Shown here: piece after piece, positions 11,626-25,122 of the stretch
How the letters are laid out: each line of letters starts with the position of its first letter
Position numbering within the stretch: the stretch's first letter is position 1
Source of the DNA: Octopus vulgaris
Taxonomy: Eukaryota
Direction of reading: 5' to 3'
DNA length: 64,000 bases
NCBI GenBank assembly: GCA_951406725.2
Contig: OX597823.1
Location: 58,280,001 to 58,344,000 of the forward strand
Notes under the pieces: model-generated
What the model saw: only the letters and a program-made list of their open reading frames with translations
What the model was told of the DNA's origin: nothing
Database searches by the model: none
Translations under genes and position numbers: made by a program

Positions 11626-12053
11626 TTGAAAAAGGTTTTATAAAAGGAGAAAGGGGCTCTCTACCCACTTTTTGATCAGGCTCCCGTTGGTTTTTATGGG
11701 TTTTTTCCACCAGGAACCTTTCGTAACGCCTCCCCCTTTTGGGAAATTTTCATTGTTATAATCTTTCGTTGTTGAACTGTTTTTACTCGGATTTTTAACC
11801 AACGGACAAAACCCTTTGTAACCTTTCGTCCTGTTTTGTCCCTTTATGTTTACTAATCATGTGTGTCAGCCCCTGTGGCCAACAAAACGAATTAATTATT
11901 ATTATTATTATTGTTGTTATTATTATCATTATATATATGTGTGTGTGTGTATGTATGTATGCATGTATGTATGCATGTATGTACGTATATGTATACATAA
12001 TATACACGTGTCTGTGTACGCGTATGTGTCTGTGGGAGTATGCAAATGGAGGA

Positions 12054-12084
<31 letters not shown>

Positions 12085-12329
12085 TGTACGCATATGTATA
12101 TACGTGATATATCAAATTATAATGAGAACGCCTGTTCATTGCGTGCTGATGACTTCTTGTAAAAATGAAACAAAATCGCTCAGGACGTCAAATATATTTG
12201 TTAAAGTACGTATGTGCATAAACGTGGAGTCTTGCATATATGTAATTCTCCGCAGAGAACATTTATGTCAAAAGATCAATATGCACATCTCTATGAATGC
12301 GTTCCTGTAGCTGTCATGTTATATTATCA

Positions 12330-12374
<45 letters not shown>

Positions 12375-12539
12375 TTCCTCATCACCCCATTCTATTTTAC
12401 ATAAAGCCATATTCTTAAACATAATTATAGTCGTAAAAGATGAAGTTACTAAAATTTAATCAAACGGTTTTTCAGCACAGAATGAATGTCATTTTGTTTT
12501 GTTTTGTTTTTTCTTTGAAAACCCGCTTTTAACTTTTTG

Positions 12540-12835
12540 TACATTTTCTTCATCATCTCCTTCCTCTTCATTTACCTTCCCTTCTTCATTCATTATCTTC
12601 TTCATCGTCTTTTTCGTCTTCTTCATCGTCTTTTTCATCATCTTTTTCATCGTATTTTTCATCATCTTCTTCATCGTCTTTTTCATCATCTCCTTCCTCT
12701 TCATCTTCTTTGTCTTCTTCTTCCACTTCATCTTCTTTGTCTTCTTCTTCCTTTTCATCTTCTTTGTCTTCTTCTTCTTTGTCTTCTTCTTCTTCCTCCT
12801 CCGCTTCTTCTTCTTCTTCTTCATCTTCTCCTCCA
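12540..12835. repeat. Compound (CTT/CAT)n low-complexity repeat
   Basis: Repeating tcttcttcatc / tcttctttgtc units. Confidence 0.85.
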
Positions 12836-12873
12836 CCTTGTTATTATTATCTTATTCTGTCTACCATCACCAG

Positions 12874-12916
<43 letters not shown>

Positions 12917-12930
12917 AACTATAAAATAAG

Positions 12931-13010
12931 CTCCAGTTGAGTACTGGAATCGATGTACTCGACTCGATCCCTCCCTCATAATTTCAGGCGTTCTACTTAT
13001 AAACAAAAGG
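12931..13010 (+). mobile_element. SINE family B 3' fragment
   Basis: ccagttgagtactggaatcgatgtactcgactc...aatttcaggc resembles 41920-42000; followed by (TTA)n. Confidence 0.6.
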
Positions 13011-13090
<80 letters not shown>

Positions 13091-13119
13091 CATTATTATT
13101 ATCATTGTTGATGTTGTTG

Positions 13120-13166
<47 letters not shown>

Positions 13167-13299
13167 GTTGTTGTTGTTGTTGTTGTTATTGTTGTTGTTG
13201 TTACTACACCAGTATATGCCAATTTTGTTTGCAGATATTTTATCTTGAGGATTAGTGACAACAAGTCTCCCCAATTCTCAAGATGGTTACTCGACCAGA

Positions 13300-13900
13300 A
13301 GAAAATTCAAACTGGGCCCCACCTGCAAGGTCATGTGCTGTTTATATTGATATGAGATCACCGTGTCGCGCACATCCAGCAGACTAAGGTGACACTTGTT
13401 TGCAGGTCATGCTTCAAGAACCCTGCGAAGGATTCTCGCAGTTCCATGCATCGCTGGATTTTGTAAGTGTTCTACCTTCACAGTTGCACCAATCTTTTTT
13501 AGCCACGTTGGTAGTTAAGTGCTGATACTTCCAAGTGCACCAGTAACTATTGGTATCACATCTACTCTCCTCAATGACCACAATTTTCGAATTTCCCACA
13601 TCAAATCCTCATAGTTGGGTTTTTTTTCGTCTTCTTCCTCATTGATCCTATTGTTACCGGGATATGTTATGTCGATAACCATACATGTTATGTATGGTTA
13701 TCACAGCAATGTCCGGTTTCCGACGTCTGGTCAGGTGACTGCACTGAATAATTGCTTCCCACAGGATTTTGCAATTCTCATTCTCGGTGACTCCTTCTGG
13801 GGTTTGCTCTTATCACGTCGTTGTTCTTTGCAGGCCGTGATTTTCACAGAGCCCCCAATGGATCATTCTTGCTACATCGTCATGAAATCTTTTATATTTT
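13300..13900 (-). mobile_element. R4/Dong-type (RLE) non-LTR retrotransposon 3' remnant
   Basis: Minus strand ENENCKILWEAIIQC...RKPDI and WEIRKLWSLRRVDVIPIVTGALGS...LQNPAMHGTARILRRVLEA*, the typical RLE C-terminus; (TTA)n tracts nearby on both sides. Confidence 0.8.
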
Positions 13901-14009
13901 ACTAACGATGTGCCAAACCGATTCACCCTTCTCACAAATTCTACATTTGTCGCTATCGGTAGCGTTGTGTATTTTCAGGAAACACTGCCGTCAGCGACAA
14001 TAAATGAAT

Positions 14010-14121
<112 letters not shown>

Positions 14122-14155
14122 TATTATTATTATTATTTATTATTATTATTATTAT

Positions 14156-14199
<44 letters not shown>

Positions 14200-14445
14200 T
14201 TGTTGTTGTTGTTGTTGCTTCTGCTATTGTTGTTATCATTATTGTCATGGTCATCTCCATCATTATCACATTATCATCATCATTCTATTATTTCTTTTTG
14301 TCTGTAATATGTTTTTCCTTGCCATCACACCACTATCTTCAATATCGCCTTCTACAAACAATGTCTTTCTCTATCCAATGCTGCCATAACAATTCACCAA
14401 TGAACAATGTTTTATGTTCATCTAGATAAGGTGTAAGAAAATACA

Positions 14446-14509
<64 letters not shown>

Positions 14510-14532
14510 GACAGAGAGAGAAAGAGAGATAA

Positions 14533-14564
<32 letters not shown>

Positions 14565-14802
14565 TTATAGGTATATATAAGTGCATATATATATATATCT
14601 TTGCATAGCTATATATATACATATGATATATGTCTAGCTATATATGTGTGTGATATATCTATCTATATATTAGTATGTATATTCATACATGATATATATG
14701 TATATATGTATATATATATATACGTATATATTGTATATGTATGTGTATATAAGTATATATATATATATATATATACATATATATCTATATATATTTATAT
14801 AC

Positions 14803-14854
<52 letters not shown>

Positions 14855-14881
14855 AATATATATATATATACACACACACAC

Positions 14882-14914
<33 letters not shown>

Positions 14915-15563
14915 TATATATGTATATTAAATGAATATGTTTACATGTATATATGTAATTATAAAACACGAACGTTCAAGAAAACTACGACAGAAGCAAA
15001 GAACATTGTAAAGAAAACAGCAAGAAACAAAAAAAAAATAACACAATAAAACTATACAGCATAAAAATAAATGATTTTTAAAAGACAACACGGAATTCAA
15101 AACAGTTTAAATATATTCGATGTACATAAACAATTGTTTTTACCAATTTTTTCGTCAAAATTTTCTTTCATTTCGCTTTATGTAATTCATATTTCTTTCA
15201 GCTTTTGCGGTTTGAAAATAAAGTTTTATGTATATTTTTTGAATTTGTTTTCGTCGTTTCTGAGTTTTATATTAATGCTTTTTTTGTTTTTCAAATTTGC
15301 ATCTCTATATTTCTCATTGCTGCTTACCTTCATATCTCTTCTTGACTATGGTAATGATAAAAAGGTGTGTATTGCATATTAGTGTGTGCGTGTGTGCGTA
15401 TGTATCAATGTATATATAAATATATATGTGTGTGTAGCTATACATATATAAATATATATGTGTATGTAGCTATACATATATGTATGTATAAATATATATA
15501 TAGTTATATATATACATATACATATATACATACATATATGCATATATATACACATATATACAT

Positions 15564-15640
<77 letters not shown>

Positions 15641-16101
15641 CAGACAGACAGACATATATATTTGCATATATATAGTCACTATACGTATTCGTTTACATAT
15701 GAATACGTGCATAAGTATACTTTACATGCATAACTATGGATATATGTACATAAATATATTTATTTATATATATATAATTATATATATATATATATATACA
15801 TATATACATATGTGTGTATGTATACATATATATATATATATATATATATGTATGCGTGTATGTATACATATATATATATATGTATGTGTGTATATACATA
15901 CACACACACATATACGTACATGCATACATGCGCATTTAAGAATATAAGTCTGTACTTCTATACGTATGTATATATAAATTGATTTATTTAAAAAAATGTT
16001 CATGATGTAATGTAGTGGAAATTAGACTTAAGTTACTAATATATACATTGGTGTTCATTTTTCTGTGTTTAATCAGTATGGCTGTTTTGTTTTTATGCCT
16101 A

Positions 16102-16164
<63 letters not shown>

Positions 16165-16165
16165 T

Positions 16166-16211
<46 letters not shown>

Positions 16212-16529
16212 ACTCTGTCTGTTCCTCTCTTTCTGTATCTGTATGTATATATATATGTAAATACATGAATACTAACACACACGCATATATACATATGTGT
16301 GATGTATATATATATATATATATCATATAAATATATGTATATATTTATACAAGGGTGTGTATATGAATGTCAGTAGATATATATACATACTTTCTATTAA
16401 CAATGTCTGATATCACTGTGTTTCTACTGATATGCTTAAATGTTCAGCAATGTCAGTGTATGCATTCTGGTAAATATATATATGCACATATACATGTATA
16501 TGTGTGTATGTGTGTATGTGCATGTATGT

Positions 16530-16725
16530 ATGAATTCGACCTCGTGTGTACCCTTGGCGATTTTTTCTCTCTGTCTTCCCTTCTCTATATCTTTCCTTCT
16601 CTTATGTTTCCGACGAAGAGCTCCGCTCGAAACGTTAAACCCTCCTTCTTTCCTGAGCGTCCAATAATACTATATTTGTTCCACGTCCTCGCGTTGTTGT
16701 GTTTTTTTGTGCTTTCTTGTTTGGA

Positions 16726-16730
<5 letters not shown>
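16530..16730 (+). mobile_element. PLE terminal-repeat-like fragment containing a hammerhead
   Basis: Hammerhead at 16606-16640 followed by ttcctgagcgt, shared with the 23790-23940 and 27574-27685 family; ends in (TA)n. Confidence 0.65.
16606..16640 (+). ncRNA. Minimal type-I hammerhead, CCGACGA core variant
   Basis: gttt-CCGACGA-a-gagc-tcc-gctc-GAAA-cg-TT-aaac; palindromic ACGT stem III. Confidence 0.7.
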
Positions 16731-16778
<48 letters not shown>

Positions 16779-16807
16779 CATACACATATATATGTATATG
16801 TACGTTT

Positions 16808-16869
16808 AAATATTTGTTGTGCAAGGTTTTTATGTGAAGTCGTGTGCTGAAACAGATATTGTTATATTT
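16808..16869 (+). ncRNA. Degenerate hammerhead-like fold
   Basis: aaatat-TTGTTGT-gca...tgc-t-GAAA-cag-ata-ttg-TT-atattt; all three stems pair but the core is mutated. Confidence 0.4.
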
Positions 16870-16976
16870 CGGAATGGTCATATTGCCAGTTTAGCCAATA
16901 AAAACACACGCACTATATATTTGGTGTTATTTTGCTTCAGTGTTATTTATTTTTTACATTAATCTTAATCTTATTT

Positions 16977-17034
<58 letters not shown>

Positions 17035-17119
17035 GTAATATATATGCCTACACAAATGACTGCATACACACATGCATACAACCAAGTGTCTACAAATATG
17101 TGTATCTGCACAAATATAC

Positions 17120-17185
<66 letters not shown>

Positions 17186-17571
17186 TTATGTATGTGTATG
17201 CGTGTATCCATCTTTGTGAGTGTGTCTGTGTGTGTGCGTGCGCGTGCACGTTCGTGCGTGTGAGTGTGTCTTACATGAAATTACTAAAATAAGAAATGAT
17301 TGCAATGATAGACTAAACAAAAGCGGGGTGTAATGTGGGGGTCGAATAAAACATATTTGACACATAACATATATAGATAAATACGGAAAAACAAACCAGT
17401 CGATCATAATGGACCAAACCTGCGTGACAAGCAAAGAAAGCGACCAAATCTTAATCACGAAAACCATTTAAATAATACATAATTTTCTATCTCTCACACC
17501 AGCTTTTGTTGTTTATTACTTCTAGTGTATTATATTGTATTGTTTGTCCTATTCAATATCTTATTAAAAGG

Positions 17572-17618
<47 letters not shown>

Positions 17619-17823
17619 TATATATATATGTACATATATATATATGTACATATATATAAAGACAAAAGAAGCATTTACATAAACGAAGACAAGAAAAAAA
17701 TATCAATCAGCTGAAAGGATATGTATTTGTGTGTATGCGTAGTAGATGTATGTCCTTTATATGCATCTTACATACATACATATGTATATGGTCGAAACAT
17801 ATCTAAGTTATATAGGTATATGC

Positions 17824-17876
<53 letters not shown>

Positions 17877-17915
17877 GCATATATATATATGTATATATAT
17901 ATGCATATATATATT

Positions 17916-18007
<92 letters not shown>

Positions 18008-18727
18008 TATATATATGTATATATATGCATATATATATATGCATATATATGTATATATATGTCTATATATATATATACATATCTACGCACATACATATGC
18101 AGCTACATACATATATATTCATAAATACGTATACATGTACATACACATATATAGAGAGAGATGTTTGTGTGTGTGTAACGTAATTTTGCTTATGTTTATG
18201 TCATGTCTGAGTTTCTATTGTTTATTCGATCAAAAGGAACAATGCTAACAATTATTGCAGCTATTTTTTTTTTTGTTCTGTATCTTAGTTTCCCTAAGGA
18301 AAGCAGGGCAACCACGACATGTTACAAGGACTTTAGGGGCCCGACTATGAAGAAAAGTAAGAAATCAGGACTCAAGTTTGCTTCCCTAGGCAAGTATGAA
18401 CCGTAGTTTCTAACTACGGACCTTCTGAGACTGCTTGCAACAGATTGGACTTTGCTTGTAAGGTCTCCTAAGAATGATGCTGTCGTGTGAAACCACTGAG
18501 TAACCGGTCATCATTGCGTAGCGGTCATCTGATTGCAATGCGCTGTGGATTCAGTCAGCCTAGGTCCATAAATAACGTTTTTCTGAAGCTGTGGTATATG
18601 GCAGTTGAACAACTTCACAAAATCGCATGATTGTAAAATTGAATTCTATGCGGTTTCTGCCATGAACTGCTATTCTGTTCTGTGCTTGCTTATACTGCTT
18701 TTACTTAATACACACACAAAGATATAT

Positions 18728-18995
18728 ATATACTTTATTTAAAAGCAGCAGAATTGTAACAAAAGCTGTTACTCAGAGTTTCACGTTCCCGTTTGTCGGA
18801 TGGTTTTGTTAAAATAGAACAGAAATAGCAATTGTTATTTTTGTTCTATTTTAACAAAACTGTCCGACGAACGAGAACGTGAAACTCTGAGTAACACGTT
18901 TTGCTATATTTCTGCTGGTTTTAAATAAAGCATATTACTCTACCTCTGGTATTTGAGTACTCTTTTTTCCACCTTGTTACACATTTATGTTCTTA
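18728..18995 (+). mobile_element. Spacer-less ~205-bp palindrome built from a hammerhead-bearing PLE terminal repeat
   Basis: Arms 18728-18831 / 18832-18935 are centred on caa|ttg; the right arm continues ~60 nt to (TA)n. Confidence 0.8.
18856..18902 (+). ncRNA. Minimal type-I hammerhead, CCGACGA core variant
   Basis: aaaactgt-CCGACGA-acg-agaa-cgt-GAAA-ctc-t-gag-TA-acacgtttt; the mirrored copy at 18761-18807 (-) has CCGACAA. Confidence 0.75.
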
Positions 18996-18999
18996 CTTC

Positions 19000-19073
<74 letters not shown>

Positions 19074-19110
19074 TATGTATATATATATATATATACACAT
19101 ATATACATAT

Positions 19111-19173
<63 letters not shown>

Positions 19174-20565
19174 ATCTCAGAACATATGCCACTCGAAATT
19201 GGTGATGCACTGATACAATATAACAAAGCTAGAGGAGTAAAGCCACCAGACCTTTTCTGAGCCTTATTGATTTATATCACTTAACACACATTGCAATGCT
19301 TCATGAAAATTATAATATGTGTAAGCGAGCGTGCGTGCATGCGTGTGCGTAGTCTGTGTGTATGTGCATTTATGTATGTGTGGGTTTATATATATATATA
19401 TTGGTTTCTAACACAGTTATATAGGCTCAAGTGTATAGACGATTTTATTGACCTCAGTATTTGACTGCTACATAATGTTGGCAACTCCGAGACTATGAAA
19501 ATGAAAACAGACAGACAGCGAAAATATTTCAATTATATTTATGTATTGATTAAAAATTTCCTATACTGATTACGAAAATAATTGATTTTGGCTTTATTAA
19601 TTTTGTTGTTGTTGTTGTTGTTTTACCATTTCCCCTAATGTCATAACATTCTGAACCCTTATTTATTCTAATATTACATGCTAGCGAGAGAATAAGTCTA
19701 CAGCTGTTGCTGCTATTTATTATATTTTTTAAGGAAAGTAGGGGATGGTAGATGATTTGAATTTTATTTATTCATTTATTTATTTATGTGTCAATTGATC
19801 TTTTTATTTTTTTTAATTGACATATTGCCAGAAATTTGGGAAGGTTTGTGTTGGAGAGATGTGAGACAGGATGTCGCGTTTTTAATTGATTCAGTACTTG
19901 GCTTGATATTTGTTTTATCGACCTTGGGGAGAGAGAGAAGGGGAGGAGAAAGAAAGATACAGAGAAAGAGAAGGAGGGGACAGAGAGAGACAGGCAGACA
20001 GACAGAAAGAGATGAAAGACAAAGTAGCAGCGAACACGAAAGCATAAATGAATGGGACTAAAATTGTTTTTAATTTTTTTCATTTATAAGTTAATCAGAA
20101 AAAATTAGGGGGAGGGACTGTGTCTGTGACCTTTGAATGGTGAAATCAATGTGACTGATGTTCAATCTGAACATCGCTGAGGTCGATGTCTGTATGAAAA
20201 AAAAAATTAAAATAACCTATTATTGTCGTGGTGTGGTAAGGTGGAGAAGTGGAACAAAGAGGAGTAAATGAGATGATGTAGGGGTTACTAGGCTAGAGTG
20301 GGTTATTGGGTGAGGTGGAGATGCTATTTCTGATAGTTCCTGTTTAAGGAAGGAAGATTTGGGAGAAGCACATACTGCAGAATATGAAAAGAAGAGTGTG
20401 GTACAATACTTTGGAGACAAGAATGCAGATGAAGATGTGTTGTGTAGGTCTGGATGGAAAGTGTTAAATAACCAACAGGTTTGGAGGAAGGGAGGCTGAT
20501 GTTGCATCGGCACCGCTATTCTCAGGAAGGAAAAATAGCTTCGTTTTTAAGAGGCCGATGCTACA

Positions 20566-20833
20566 CAAGTGGTTCTCAACTGGGCCCATATAATCCTTGG
20601 GGGTCCATATAAGAGTTTATTGTTAAAGATTTTGCGCAATAAATTGGTTATATTTCTACAATGCATGAAATATTTTTTGAACGTTTTGTATAGTTTCTAA
20701 TAATATTTAAGTATAAAAATAAATTAGTTTTTGTTTTAAAACATCGAATAATCATCGAGATCAACTGGAGTAAAATAGTAATCAAAGGGCTCCATAAGTA
20801 AAAATAATAATAATAAAATTTGCGAATCATTCT
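20566..20833. mobile_element. hAT/Charlie-type MITE, degraded
   Basis: Left end caagtggttctcaac resembles the CAGTGGTTCTCAAC TIR; right end tttgcgaatcatt is a degenerate complement; internal ggggtccat motifs. Confidence 0.55.
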
Positions 20834-20857
20834 TGTTGCTTGAAATTCTTGTTACTC

Positions 20858-21010
20858 TAGTGCTCAACTGGTATTTATTTTACCGATCCCGAAAGGATGA
20901 AAGGCAAAGTCGAGCTTGGTGGAATTTGAACTCTGAACGTAAGGCCAGAAGAAATGTCACCAATTATATCTTATTTCCTACGCGTTAACGTTTCTACCTG
21001 TTCAGCGTTT
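20858..21010 (-). mobile_element. SINE family B fragment
   Basis: Reverse complement of acgttc.gagttcaaattcc...gactttgcctttcatcctttcggg.tcg.taaaat. Confidence 0.8.
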
Positions 21011-21149
21011 TGCTGTTACTGTTAATACTACTACTTGTTATACCATACCAGCTTTGACAGGTTTCATATATTGATTTCTAACTTAGGCACAAAGACTCAT
21101 ATGTTTTGGAAAATCAACTGGTACTTATTTCATCGCAGGAACACGCATT

Positions 21150-21290
21150 TTTATTACCTGAGTGAATTGGAACGACATGAAATGAAATTCTTTCCTCAAC
21201 AACACAATGCATCGCCCTATCCACCAATCAAAACCGCAGTTTTGTGAACATGAGCCCAACGTTCGAAACACTAAGCCATGCGTCGCCACT
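21150..21290 (-). mobile_element. SINE family D head fragment
   Basis: Minus strand ggcgacgcatggcttagtgtt...ctcatgttcacaaaactgcggttttgatt...tgtgttgttgaggaaag, resembling 40258 and 61655. Confidence 0.5.
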
Positions 21291-21909
21291 AAAGAAGATG
21301 CCTCTTTCTTACATAGTTATGCACTTCATCGGTTTGGACGATGAGCAATCGAGTTCCACATCGCTTCTGTTTACTTAATTCCACCCATAGATCTATGGTT
21401 AACCCAGCGCTTTCGTATAACCCAGACACTTTCCTAAAACGCTAATACGGGACGAACTACTAAACCAATTGATTTTGCCTGTAGCCTCGAAGACCTCTCA
21501 TGTAATGTATTACAGCAATTAATAAAATTATTTGGGAGGTGCCTTTTATCTTTTTTCCTTTTCTGCCCATACTAATCCAGACTTCTGATTGAATGAACGC
21601 ATAAAAAAAAATTCATTCAAAACTAAATATATATGTTTTGTTGCTTGTGTGATTCTTTTCCCTGTTTATATATTGGAAGTATGTATTAATATATTGTACA
21701 AAAAAAAAAAATTCTAAATATTTCGGCAGATACAATTAGAAAATGATTATGTATGTTGTTTTATTTTATTTTGTTCAGTGCCTTTAGTTTTCTTTGCGTG
21801 ATAGATTGCTGCTCTGTCTTTTTTACACACACAAACGCGTGTATATATATATATATATATATATTAATATATAGATAGATAGATAGATAGGTAGATAGAT
21901 TGCTTGATT

Positions 21910-21940
<31 letters not shown>

Positions 21941-22882
21941 TGATTGATAGATAGATAGATACATACATACGTACATACATACATACATACATACATACAT
22001 ACATACATACATACATACATACATAGACGTTTATTTATATATATACGTGTGTGTGTGTGTGTGCTTGTATATATATATATATATATATGGCCGCAATCAA
22101 ATGATTGAAACAAATAAAAGAATATATACAGATATATGCATATATGCTTATAGATATACATCTATATATGAGTGTAAATGCATATATATATATATACTTA
22201 TATATAAATATATAAATATATATATATATACTGATGTGTCTGCGTGTTTTAGAAATCTGACATCTTGAAAGTCTATAAATATGCGAAGGCTCGAAAAACT
22301 TCCACCTTTCTAAATCGGTCATTTATTTTTCTGTTCCTTCGCCATATTCTATACATCTCTTTATTTCTCTTCTAACTAGCCCTCGTTGTCTCTTTCTTTC
22401 CAACTCTCTCCGTTTCCCTGTCTCTTCCTCGCTTCTCTCTGTCTCTCTCTCTCTCACTTTCCTTCTCTATCCATCTCTCTTACCTGCATGTTTATCGTTT
22501 TCTTATTACTTTAAAATCAATTTTCCCCCTTATTAATTCTTATTTCTCAGACAGACTCAAGCATACACACAATCTCTCTGCTTTCCTTCATTGTGCCTCA
22601 AAAGAATTACTCATGCATACATGCATACACACACACACACACACACACATACATACATGCATACATACTTATCCGTTTATTCAATATCAAAAGGAGTATT
22701 CAATATCAATTGAAATCAAAATTATTTCATTTTGGTCGAGTTAGACTCTAACTATTGTGAGAATTGTTTTTGCATGTCTTGCGAATGATTCAACCAATAT
22801 GTATGTGTGCGTGCGTGCGTGCGTGTATGTTTGTGTTAGTATGTATGTAAACACACATACACACATGCATACATATATATGA

Positions 22883-22986
22883 TGAGAGCCCCTTCGGTCA
22901 TGACCCTGGGATTGCACCTAGAAAGTTACCCTCCCAGGCACACGTCCGGGCAAGGATGTTTATGGAAGACCAGCAGTCGCCCATGC
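22883..22986 (-). mobile_element. SINE family D 3' fragment
   Basis: Reverse complement resembles 40460-40560 (ggtcttccataaac..ccttg...atgaccgaagggg). Confidence 0.7.
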
Positions 22987-23277
22987 TCTCCATCTCTCTC
23001 TCTCTCTCCCTTGCCTTCTTTCTCCTCTAACTACTGCTGACACGTACCCGTGGCCAGCTTTCCTTTCTTTCTTTCCCTCCCATTTTTCATACCGGTTCCG
23101 TAGTTGACCGGTCGTAAATTCTCTGTGTCTTATTGTCTTGTTATTTGCTTTGGATGCCTTCTAAGCGTTACCCACCATTCTTGTGCGTTTGGTCTTGAGG
23201 CTATATTTTGCTCGTTTCTTATCATTTCGTCTTTGTGCATCATCTTAAATTGCATTTATTCACTTTTTCTTATGTCC

Positions 23278-23387
23278 GCTTCAGTCCTACTGCGTGGCAC
23301 CTTGGGCAAGTGTCGTCTACTATAGCCTCGGGTCGACCAAAGCCTTGTGAGTGGGTTTGGTAGACGGGAACTGAAGGAAGCCGCCGT

Positions 23388-23462
<75 letters not shown>

Positions 23463-23726
23463 CATGTATGTATGTATGTATGTATGTATGTATGTATGTA
23501 TGTATGTATGTATGTATATGTTTGTGTCTGTGTTTGTCTCCCCACATCGCTTGACAACAGATGCTGGTGTGTTTATGTCCCCGTAACTTAGCGGTTCGGT
23601 AAAAGAGACCAATAGGATAAGTACTAGGCTTACAAAGAATAAGTTCTGGGGTCGATTTGCTCGACTTAAGGCGATGACCCAGCATGGCCAGTCAAATGAC
23701 TGAAACAAGTAAAAGAGTAAAAGAGT
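23278..23726 (+). mobile_element. SINE family A, 5'-truncated
   Basis: ttcagtcctactgcgtggcaccttgggcaagtg...internal (CA)(TA)(TATG)n...tgactgaaacaagtaaaagagtaaaagag. Confidence 0.9.
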
Positions 23727-23789
23727 ATATATATATATGCATATATATGTACTTGTTTATATATGTTTGTATATGTATATATATGTGTG

Positions 23790-23945
23790 AGAATTTACAA
23801 AAAAAAACAAAAGACGAAGACGGGTATGTGAACAATAAACAGATGTATTAATTTAACGCTCAGGAACTGAGAAAGTCTTTTACGTTTCGAGCCTACGCTC
23901 TTCGATAGAAAGGAACACAAATATACAGGGAGAGAAAATAGGATA
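23790..23945 (-). mobile_element. PLE terminal-repeat-like fragment with hammerhead fold at 23877-23912
   Basis: Minus strand cttt-CTATCGA-a-gagc-gtag-gctc-GAAA-cg-TA-aaag (degenerate core, intact stems); same family as 27574-27685. Confidence 0.65.
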
Positions 23946-25122
23946 AGGGTTAGTGGTCAGCGATCTATCGTGTGTATGTATGTACGCTTATATATCTATA
24001 TCTATTTACGCATTCATATTCAGGTGTATAACTATATATATGCGTGTCTGTGTGTATTCATTATCGCTTGTAGTTTGGCAAACACAAGGCTCATCAGAAA
24101 ACCTGGTGTGAGTAATATGATTCCATTATCATATATTCCAGTAATATCATATAGAATAAATTATTATTCTAGAAAGTAGGTCAAAATTCAATCGTTTTGT
24201 TTCGGAATTTTACAAACTTTGCCATTGGCTGCTGCAATAGGAACTGTGTATGTGCACGTAATGAGTAACTGAATATAGGCAACACACACATACACACACA
24301 CATGCATCCCCACCCCTACACACACACAGACATATACATGCATATACATACATACGTGTATCCATGCCAATATATATATGTATATGTCTGTATGTATATG
24401 ATCGTTTATGAGTATTTAACTGATAAATACTGTGAATTTTTAAAAGGATTTAGAAATATGAGTAAAGAGCAGCCAATATAGGAAGGAAACTAATCCTATT
24501 TTCTATAAATATCTCATGTATGTTTAATGTGAGATGTCCACCAATATTATTGCTAAGGGTTGGTCATTTTATTTTTATTGTTATCTATAAGATGTTAAAA
24601 GAAATCCATTTCCTTTTTTAAATATATATATAGCATGTGTCTTCGTATTTCCGGTTAGTTTTGATGTTCCAGTAAACAACACCTGCCGGTAGACATATTT
24701 AAAGAATATCATAAAGGGGAGTTAAACCAAATAAGGAATTTGTGAATCAAAGAATAGGTATGGAATGAAGTATAATGCTTATAAAAATATATTAACAAAC
24801 AGCGTTACGAATAATTATAAAACATTGAATAAGGAGGTTAAAGAAACAACTTCGATTCTGTATAACACAATTTATGTGTATCGATGAAAAGCCAGAAACA
24901 ACGAGTTTTTGACCAAGAAAATTCCTTTTATAGACGCATTGTGTTAAAATAAATAAAAAACACTATATACTTCAGATATAGGCAAAACGAAATTCCCGCA
25001 CAAGTGACCGTGAAAGCGACAGGTACGTTATTTTGCCACTGTTGCGGCTTCTCAATGTCCTGTGCTGGTGCCACTTTGGTAACAAACTTGTTTGAACTAC
25101 ACAGAAATGGTGTACAGATATA

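Larger units (their letters stand above)
8139..11892 (+). mobile_element. Tx1/L1-clade non-LTR retrotransposon, 5'-truncated and internally deleted
   Basis: Putative ORF1 tail, ORF2 with APE endonuclease, RT and CCHC zinc finger, then 3' UTR; flanked on both sides by (ATT)n. Confidence 0.9.

Noticed and set aside
19170-19260. Short frame [29 protein letters not shown] as a host exon
   Set aside because: Only ~29 codons, no recognisable domain and no convincing splice context.
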